Positions 57,531 to 64,000 of a DNA stretch of 64,000 nt are shown piece by piece. Origin of the DNA: a virus (Duplodnaviria; Caudoviricetes); IMG/VR virus record IMGVR_UViG_3300031998_000008, positions 143,930-207,929 of that record; one strand, 5' to 3'. Made by a program: the position numbers and the translations under genes. Each line of letters opens with the position of its first letter. The first letter of the stretch is position 1. Under the pieces are notes generated by a model. The model was not told where the DNA came from. It did no database searches and saw nothing but the letters and a program-made list of their open reading frames with translations.

Positions 57531-58040
57531 ATGAAGAAAATCTTTTTTGCTATCGCCATTATTTTTGCCACTACACTTGTTGGCTTCGCACAATCAACGG
57601 CTATCCATTTTGATAATGGAAAATATGACATGATGCTTCACCCGAAAAACCCAACGGGTCAAAACATCGAAGTTGTCACTTTCATTGGCTATGATGCAAT
57701 TTCGCAAACTCGTTCAACGAAGAAAATCGAAGTTGATTACGAAGTTATTGATGGCGTTCAATATGCTTTGGAGAACTCAAAAAGAATGAAAAAGTTTGCT
57801 ACTACTGAACTAATAGGTCTTGGCGTTTGCCTTGCAGGTGGAGAACTAATGCACTATTCATACAAACAATTTGGCAAGCACCCGAATGACCATTATAAAA
57901 ATTTAGCCTATGTTGGAGGTGCGGTTGCTATGGCAGGTGCTTTGACTTGTATTTTAGGCTATATTCCGCTATTGAATGACCATGTTTATGTTACAAACAA
58001 TGGGATTGGAATACGATACAAGATTAAAAGTTTGAATTGA
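57531..58040 (+). CDS. Secreted/membrane protein
   Basis: MKKIFF..GFAQ signal peptide; two C-terminal hydrophobic segments. Confidence 0.75.
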   Translation: MKKIFFAIAIIFATTLVGFAQSTAIHFDNGKYDMMLHPKNPTGQNIEVVTFIGYDAISQTRSTKKIEVDYEVIDGVQYALENSKRMKKFATTELIGLGVCLAGGELMHYSYKQFGKHPNDHYKNLAYVGGAVAMAGALTCILGYIPLLNDHVYVTNNGIGIRYKIKSLN

Positions 58041-58151
58041 CCCCATGCGAGAATGTAAATATTTGTAAAAAAGTCACTTTTCGGAGTGGCTTTTTTCATT
58101 TTTGGCATGGTATTTGTATTATATTGAAGTGAACACTAAACACAAAAGACT

Positions 58152-58457
58152 ATGGCTAATAACATTGAAAATTACCAAAAGTGCCAATGCGGTGCAATAA
58201 CTTTCTACTTTGAAGATGGAAGTTCAAGCAGTATGCGCCAACGCACTGCAAAGAAGATGGGAATTGATTTGAGGCACTATAAGAGCCTTAGACCAACTTG
58301 GAATTGCAATCATTGTGTTAATCATTGGGGAACTGACATCTGCGAATGTGGCAGTGGTGAAAAGGTTGGAAAATGTTCTTGCGGCTCCAATAGACCAATG
58401 CAAGAGTTTGGCATAAATTTTGATTCATTTAGCCGTATAATTCAAAACTTTTGCTAA
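58152..58457 (+). CDS. Cys-rich zinc-binding protein
   Basis: CQCG, CNHCVNH, CECGSG, CSCG. Confidence 0.75.
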   Translation: MANNIENYQKCQCGAITFYFEDGSSSSMRQRTAKKMGIDLRHYKSLRPTWNCNHCVNHWGTDICECGSGEKVGKCSCGSNRPMQEFGINFDSFSRIIQNFC

Positions 58458-58458
58458 C

Positions 58459-58869
58459 ATGGAATTGAACGAGATAAGGAATAAAATGGCTCAACTTTTG
58501 GAAGAGCATAAAGCCCTTGAAGAAGAGTTGAAGAACGCTATGGTGGCTATCATCAATGAGACAGCAGAAGAAAGCCCGAATAAGAAAAAGAGAATAGCCA
58601 AGCATATTTTTATTCTTAATGCTTCTGACATCATGGGTAATCCGTGGAATGTAGAGTTTTACGATTGGGAGGCTTCTGCAAAGGTTGTCTTGGATTATCT
58701 TGAATTGAAACCTATCTACGATTGGAAAGCATTGTTGGAAAAGAAGTTAGAAGAAGCCAAACGTAATGTGGTAGAGTTTAAGAAAATATCATCTTGCATG
58801 GGTTACAAAACTACCTATGTAATTCCAATTAGCAAAGAATTTGTTGAAAAAATTGTAGCCAAAATGTAA
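58459..58869 (+). CDS. hypothetical protein
   Basis: 136 aa. Confidence 0.7.
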   Translation: MELNEIRNKMAQLLEEHKALEEELKNAMVAIINETAEESPNKKKRIAKHIFILNASDIMGNPWNVEFYDWEASAKVVLDYLELKPIYDWKALLEKKLEEAKRNVVEFKKISSCMGYKTTYVIPISKEFVEKIVAKM

Positions 58870-58923
58870 TGTTTTGGCACGATTATTGTTTATTATTATA
58901 GTGTAATCTAAAAACGCAAAAAA

Positions 58924-59259
58924 ATGATACACGCAACTTTTAAAACGATTGATGATATAATCAATAATTTTAATTTGGTTGGTGGAATGAGTTTGTCGTT
59001 TGGTGATAACAGCAAATTTTCCACTTCCCATTTTGACATCAATGCAAATAATGATTCAATTCCATTTAAGGAGGGTTGGATTAAAAACATTAGTCTTTAC
59101 TATGCGGAGAACGAGGAAACGGGTAAAACTGAACTGCGAACTGACATCAAAATTGAACTTAAACTATATTGTTCTTGTGCTGAAAGACCTACAATGATAG
59201 TCAATAAATCTTGGTTTGATAAAAATGTATCAAACATTAGTGTTTGGGGCATCAAATGA
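58924..59259 (+). CDS. hypothetical protein
   Basis: Follows promoter motif. Confidence 0.7.
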   Translation: MIHATFKTIDDIINNFNLVGGMSLSFGDNSKFSTSHFDINANNDSIPFKEGWIKNISLYYAENEETGKTELRTDIKIELKLYCSCAERPTMIVNKSWFDKNVSNISVWGIK

Positions 59260-59316
59260 TTTATTTTGGCATGATTTTTGTGTATTATTTTCAACGTAAA
59301 TTAAAACCAAAATACA

Positions 59317-59628
59317 ATGAGCAAAGTAAGAGAATTAGAAGATAATGTTTCGCAAGACAATTTGTTTACCATTGGTAAGCAACTTATTCAGTGTATTGGG
59401 TTTATGGATTGGTGCTATTGTCAATACAACACCGATAAAAGAACAACCGAGGATTTAGTCCTGCACAATGAAAATGCAAGGTACGATAGTCCCGATAGAT
59501 GGTGGAGGTATCGCTTTTTCCGCCTTTGCCGACTGCCTTTCAAGGTCAAATACAAGTGGGTTGGCTATGACCACGTTTTCAAAGTAAGACCCGAAATTTG
59601 GATTAGGCTTTATCACATCAAAGACTGA
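59317..59628 (+). CDS. hypothetical protein
   Basis: Follows promoter motif. Confidence 0.7.
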   Translation: MSKVRELEDNVSQDNLFTIGKQLIQCIGFMDWCYCQYNTDKRTTEDLVLHNENARYDSPDRWWRYRFFRLCRLPFKVKYKWVGYDHVFKVRPEIWIRLYHIKD

Positions 59629-59679
59629 TTTGGCACGATTCTTGTAGTATATTGTAGTGACAATTAAAATTAAAATACC

Positions 59680-59886
59680 ATGAAAGGAATAGACATTATT
59701 AATTATATCAAAGAGAACAACCTTGAAGATGCAGAGGTAAGTGTGACCGCTACAATCTACCGACAAGGCGACCACGATTGCAGAACAACAACAAATGTTT
59801 CCGTTATGGAATCGTCAGTCTATGACGATGAACAAAGGAAATATGTTCCTGCCATTGATTTCTATGTGGATGATGAATTGTATTGA
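59680..59886 (+). CDS. hypothetical protein
   Basis: Follows promoter motif. Confidence 0.7.
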   Translation: MKGIDIINYIKENNLEDAEVSVTATIYRQGDHDCRTTTNVSVMESSVYDDEQRKYVPAIDFYVDDELY

Positions 59887-59938
59887 GTTTGGCACAAAAT
59901 TTGTAGTAATTGAAGTGTAACCTTAAAAACATCGAACT

Positions 59939-60211
59939 ATGAAAAAGACAGCAAGGATTTCAAGAATCAACGCAATGTTGGATAGTCATTTCAAGTCCAA
60001 TCATGGCGCATGGTGGGTTTCCAACAGCAACGGCTATAAGGAAATGATTGAATTGCACCGAGGTCAAGGTGGCGACAAAATCAATCCCGTTTGGATAGCC
60101 AAATACATTTTCCGCCACGAAGCAAGTGTAAACATCATTCACTTTGCAGGTTGTTGCATGGTCTATACGAGAGAGAGCGTAAAACTTTACGATAGAGCCG
60201 TGAAAAAGTAA
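59939..60211 (+). CDS. hypothetical protein
   Basis: Follows promoter motif. Confidence 0.7.
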   Translation: MKKTARISRINAMLDSHFKSNHGAWWVSNSNGYKEMIELHRGQGGDKINPVWIAKYIFRHEASVNIIHFAGCCMVYTRESVKLYDRAVKK

Positions 60212-60264
60212 AAATTGGCACGATTTTTGATTATAATTGTAGTGTAACCTAAAAACATCGAACT

Positions 60265-60690
60265 ATGAGAAACGAAGTCGTAACCATCCAAGTCCCTAAT
60301 GTTGGAACTATCAACGTTTCCTCCACAATGAGAGGCGAATGTAAGGGAACTAAAATGTTTGACCTGCGCCACTACGTTTATAGGCTGCGCATTTGGAGCG
60401 AACACGATAAAATGACCTGCAATTTCCATGACTGCGCCTTCAATTATCCGAGAGTTAAGAAACTCAATAGGGAGGCTTTGCTCAACGCTTTAGATTGTGT
60501 TTTGTCCGATATTTCCATGTATCTTAACGATGAAATCAAATGGAATTATGACGATGAGGATGCAGCCCTTATGAGAATTGCCGAAAAGGGATGCAAGCGT
60601 GAATCCGAGGCATTTTCAAAAGTCGTTGGCGGTGACGATAATCTTTGGACTGCCATAGAATTTTTGACAGATTACATCAACAACCATTGA
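60265..60690 (+). CDS. hypothetical protein
   Basis: Follows promoter motif. Confidence 0.75.
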   Translation: MRNEVVTIQVPNVGTINVSSTMRGECKGTKMFDLRHYVYRLRIWSEHDKMTCNFHDCAFNYPRVKKLNREALLNALDCVLSDISMYLNDEIKWNYDDEDAALMRIAEKGCKRESEAFSKVVGGDDNLWTAIEFLTDYINNH

Positions 60691-61223
60691 TTTTGGCATA
60701 GTTTTTGTTTATATTTGTAGTGTAAATAAAACTCAAAATTATAGATGAAAAAGAAAAATTAAACGCAATTAGAACTGAAATAGACAAGTGGTTTTCCGAT
60801 GAAGAAAAGTCAGCAGTTGACACCTTGAAAAGAATCTCCAACATTCTCAAAAGGAATGATTTCGATATGGATGAATACTGCGAACAACTTCACGATTCAG
60901 TAAATGTGTAACAATGAAAAAAGAAGAAATCATCAAAATGGCTAAAAGCCTTGCGGAGCGTCATTTGATTGACCCCTATATCCCCGATGTGCTAACTGAT
61001 GGCTCAACGTATGCGGAGGAATTTCTTGCAAAGTTGTCAGTAGCCGAAACCGAAGATGGATTGCTGAAAAGAATCCAAGAGGTAATGAGTTAGAGAATTA
61101 TCATAGTCGAGTTTTTAATATGCGGTTGGGTGTGGAAACTTTCTCCTTTCAATTCCACACCCACGCTGTAAGGTTTGGCACGATTATTGCTTATATTGTA
61201 GTGAACAATTAAAATTAAATACT

Positions 61224-61463
61224 ATGGGTTGGGTAAAAAAAGAAACCATTAAAGATGAAAAACTTTTGAAAGAATTAAAAGAAGTTTTTCCCGACAAATT
61301 TTCCATTTTAAGAGGTGTTACAAGAAGTTGCAGCAGTTCAGTCTATGAGTATCTTACGGACTATATTCGTGACTATTACGATGTAACGTTGGCTCAATGT
61401 GACCGAGTTTCCAAGCGGATTGCTCAACATTACGAAATCAAGCAGTTTTACCATAAACACTAA
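61224..61463 (+). CDS. hypothetical protein
   Basis: Follows promoter motif. Confidence 0.7.
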   Translation: MGWVKKETIKDEKLLKELKEVFPDKFSILRGVTRSCSSSVYEYLTDYIRDYYDVTLAQCDRVSKRIAQHYEIKQFYHKH

Positions 61464-61648
61464 AAAAACGGCTGTAAGTATTCCTATCAAATAAATGAAA
61501 AAGCGGTGCAACAATGTACCGCTTTTTTTGTGCATAAGATTCACAACAATACACCACAATATCCGTGCCAAAGTGGTGAAAATCTTGAAAAAAGTTTGGC
61601 ATGGTTTTTGATGTATATTGTAATGCAAACCAATTAAAATTATAATCC

Positions 61649-61912
61649 ATGAGCAAAACCACCGATGAACTTATCCAAGATAGGATAGACAGCGCAAATA
61701 AAGATTTTAGAGAAAACGAAACAAGCATGATTGCCGAAATCTACGACCTTCAAACAATGGTAGTTTGTATTGTAATTGAATGGGGAGATTGGAAGCATGA
61801 GCATGGCTATGCTGATTATATCATGGAACAGCATGGATTCAAGAAATTAAAGGAAGATGTGACGGAGGAAGATGGAAGCGATTGTTATTCCTCAATTCAT
61901 TATTATAAATGA
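61649..61912 (+). CDS. hypothetical protein
   Basis: WGDWKHEH..EEDGSDCYS. Confidence 0.75.
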   Translation: MSKTTDELIQDRIDSANKDFRENETSMIAEIYDLQTMVVCIVIEWGDWKHEHGYADYIMEQHGFKKLKEDVTEEDGSDCYSSIHYYK

Positions 61913-61967
61913 AAAGTTTGGCATAATTTTTGATATAATAATAGAGTAATCAATTAAAATTAAAGAT

Positions 61968-62327
61968 ATGAAAAACTTTATTCAAAATGAACTTGTTTGC
62001 CTTCGTGCGTTAGAGCCGATTGGCTGCGATAGATACGAGGAACTTTCAAAGGCTATTCAATGGCTTGACGAAAACACCTTGAAAGAGGGAGAGAAAAAAG
62101 AAGAGGTTAATAAGCCCCAATACGCCCATACTACAATCCGTTGGAAAGATGACAATAGCGAAGAGGAAACCATCATTGCCATTGGTTGCCCTTACATTGA
62201 AAAGTACGATGAGCAAATTCTTTTCTACTGCGAAAACCAAGAAGATTTTGAAAACTTGAAGCACTACGAAAACGGACAAGATTTCTACATTGATGGCTGC
62301 ACCATGTTCACTGAAACATTGGATTAG
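61968..62327 (+). CDS. hypothetical acidic protein
   Basis: Follows promoter motif; TAG stop. Confidence 0.75.
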   Translation: MKNFIQNELVCLRALEPIGCDRYEELSKAIQWLDENTLKEGEKKEEVNKPQYAHTTIRWKDDNSEEETIIAIGCPYIEKYDEQILFYCENQEDFENLKHYENGQDFYIDGCTMFTETLD

Positions 62328-62379
62328 TTTGGCACGAAATTTGATGTAGTAAGAGAGTAACCAATTAAAATTAAAAACT

Positions 62380-62829
62380 ATGACTATTGAACTTCAAAAT
62401 CAATTAAAGCCTTTTGAGATTTTCATGGAAAAAATGGAAGTCATTGTTGAGGCTATTAAGAATAATGAAGAGAATATCAAGAATGGTTGGGGAGTTGAAA
62501 GATTTGATTTGAGAGACGATGCAATCGGCATGGTTGGTAGTATTCCAACAACGATTAAAGAATATGCTGAACTTTGGGATTATGTTCAAGAAAGATACAA
62601 AGAATATCTTGCAGGTTGCGAAAATCCGCTTATGCCAAATGAAATGTTCTTTGATGTCTATTGGAATGACCCCGAAGCAAATAGGGCAGAATACGATGAT
62701 TTGACCCTTTGGGTTTTCTTTGACTACGAATATGGCATCTACTATTTGGAAGATGATGAAATCTTGGAAAAGATTAAAAAGAGAGACGAAGAATTAGCAA
62801 AGGCTGAAAATGCCACAAGAGGCTACTAA
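62380..62829 (+). CDS. hypothetical acidic protein
   Basis: Follows promoter motif. Confidence 0.75.
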   Translation: MTIELQNQLKPFEIFMEKMEVIVEAIKNNEENIKNGWGVERFDLRDDAIGMVGSIPTTIKEYAELWDYVQERYKEYLAGCENPLMPNEMFFDVYWNDPEANRAEYDDLTLWVFFDYEYGIYYLEDDEILEKIKKRDEELAKAENATRGY

Positions 62830-62903
62830 TATATACGCAAATGCGTACTGATTTGGCACGATATTTGTAAGATAGTAAGCATAACAAATTAAAATTAAAA
62901 TCC

Positions 62904-63332
62904 ATGAATCAATCCGAGTACAATAGAATTAACGAAGGCAACGTTCTCATTAGTGGTATTATGAGAGATATTCACAGCATGGAGGGCAAGTTGCGCAATA
63001 AGATGGAAACATCTATTTTCGACATGGTTACTGCTATGGGCGGTAGGCTTGAAGTTGATGTTGACAATGACGATATTCCTATCGTAACTTACGATGGCGG
63101 CAGACACCCCGAATATAACGCCACGCCTTGCGCCCAAGTCCAAGTTATTGAGCCATTGGAAAAGAACGGCTTCAAACGTTTTCGTGTGGACATGGACGTT
63201 TGCGAAGAGTACGAATCGGATAGATTTGACATTGAATCAGTCGAAGTCATTTTTGACTATGTTTATTGGAAGTTTGACGATTACTGCGAACAATTAGGTC
63301 TTGCTGTGGAAGTTATCAAAGAGTTTACCTAA
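62904..63332 (+). CDS. hypothetical acidic protein
   Basis: Follows promoter motif. Confidence 0.75.
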   Translation: MNQSEYNRINEGNVLISGIMRDIHSMEGKLRNKMETSIFDMVTAMGGRLEVDVDNDDIPIVTYDGGRHPEYNATPCAQVQVIEPLEKNGFKRFRVDMDVCEEYESDRFDIESVEVIFDYVYWKFDDYCEQLGLAVEVIKEFT

Positions 63333-63396
63333 TAGACCAACTTTGGCACGATTTTTGTTAGTATTATAGTTGTCTAACCAATTAAAAACACGCACT

Positions 63397-63750
63397 ATGA
63401 ATTACATTACCAATTCAAAAGAAGTCCCCTTCACGCTCAATGACTTTTACAATCACACGCATTTTTCCCTTCGTTCAAGCGGAAACGGCTATAAGATTTG
63501 CCATGTATTGCTCAACGACTACAATACAGACCAACAAGGTATTACTACAATGTCAGTAACGATTTGGGAAAGCCTACGCCAACGTGGAAGGCATACTTTA
63601 ACCATCGAAGAGATTTCAAGCAAAATCAACATGAGGGATTTGCTTATGGAAATTTCGGCAAAGTTAGCCCACAATGAATTTGAAGATGGGGATTGCTACA
63701 TTGAAGTAGATATGCCCACATCAAGCGGAAAAAGAAGTTTCACATTCTAA
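63397..63750 (+). CDS. hypothetical protein
   Basis: ATG at 63397 after promoter motif. Confidence 0.7.
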   Translation: MNYITNSKEVPFTLNDFYNHTHFSLRSSGNGYKICHVLLNDYNTDQQGITTMSVTIWESLRQRGRHTLTIEEISSKINMRDLLMEISAKLAHNEFEDGDCYIEVDMPTSSGKRSFTF

Positions 63751-63802
63751 CATTTTGGCACGATTCTTGTACTAATAGACATAACCATTAAAAATTAAAA
63801 TT

Positions 63803-64000
63803 ATGGAAAAAGCAAAAATCCAAGAAATCAAAGACAAGTTAGGTAAGTTTATCAAAGTTGAGCCTATCCTTTCACCCCGAAGTGGTGAAGCAGTCCGTAA
63901 TCAGTACGAAGTTCGTTTTGAAAACGGCAACCTTTTTCAGTCATTCGATACCTTGATTGGTATTCGGACAGGCGGCAAACTCTATCTTACGAGAAGCCAT
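63803..64000 (+). CDS. hypothetical protein (3' truncated)
   Basis: MEKAKIQE... open to the window end. Confidence 0.65.
   Translation, partial: MEKAKIQEIKDKLGKFIKVEPILSPRSGEAVRNQYEVRFENGNLFQSFDTLIGIRTGGKLYLTRSH

Larger units (their letters stand above)
51214..63772 (+). promoter_or_regulatory. About 30 copies of sigma54-type motif TTTGGCAY-N5-TTG(C/T/A) before small genes
   Basis: TGGCAC starts near 51216, 51300, 51952, 52465, 53483, 53770, 54618, 55447, 58875, 59631, 60216, 61176, 62330, 62854, 63344, 63756; invariant spacing. Confidence 0.8.

Noticed and set aside
51214-63772. Repeated TTTGGCAC...TTG units as a CRISPR array or integron attC sites
   Set aside because: Spacing is gene-sized and irregular, repeats are degenerate and non-palindromic, and they sit a fixed distance before start codons like promoters

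Overview
AT-rich segment of a very large (jumbo/mega) tailed phage that most likely infects Bacteroidota. The host inference rests on the Bacteroidota-type tmRNA tag, A-rich leaders without Shine-Dalgarno sites, and a PID-CTERM-like protein. There are four zones. (1) 1-25 kb holds replication, proteostasis and translation genes (ClpC-like, ClpP, Hsp20, IF-1, UvrD-like helicase, primase, SbcD-like nuclease, ThyX, Dam-like MTase, amidase, Pth2-like) interleaved with probable virion-packaged proteins. (2) 23-37 kb is a dense RNA-gene array: about 35 recognisable tRNAs including an amber suppressor, many tRNA-like elements, a two-piece permuted tmRNA, a triplicated 167-nt structured RNA and a tRNA nested inside a tRNA. 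(3) 37-51 kb holds ADP-ribosyltransferase-like and SprT-like proteins, a four-gene paralog run and an RM-like cassette. (4) 51-64 kb is a run of small genes, most preceded by a sigma54-type TGGCAY-N5-TTG motif. The most striking observation is a family of 14 RNAs sharing a helix + (A/G)CAGCA module. It occurs either as a 51-60 nt insert in the anticodon stem of otherwise complete tRNAs, or, circularly permuted, as the terminal stem of Y-RNA-like tRNA mimics that display anticodon arms. All calls are by eye, without database searches.
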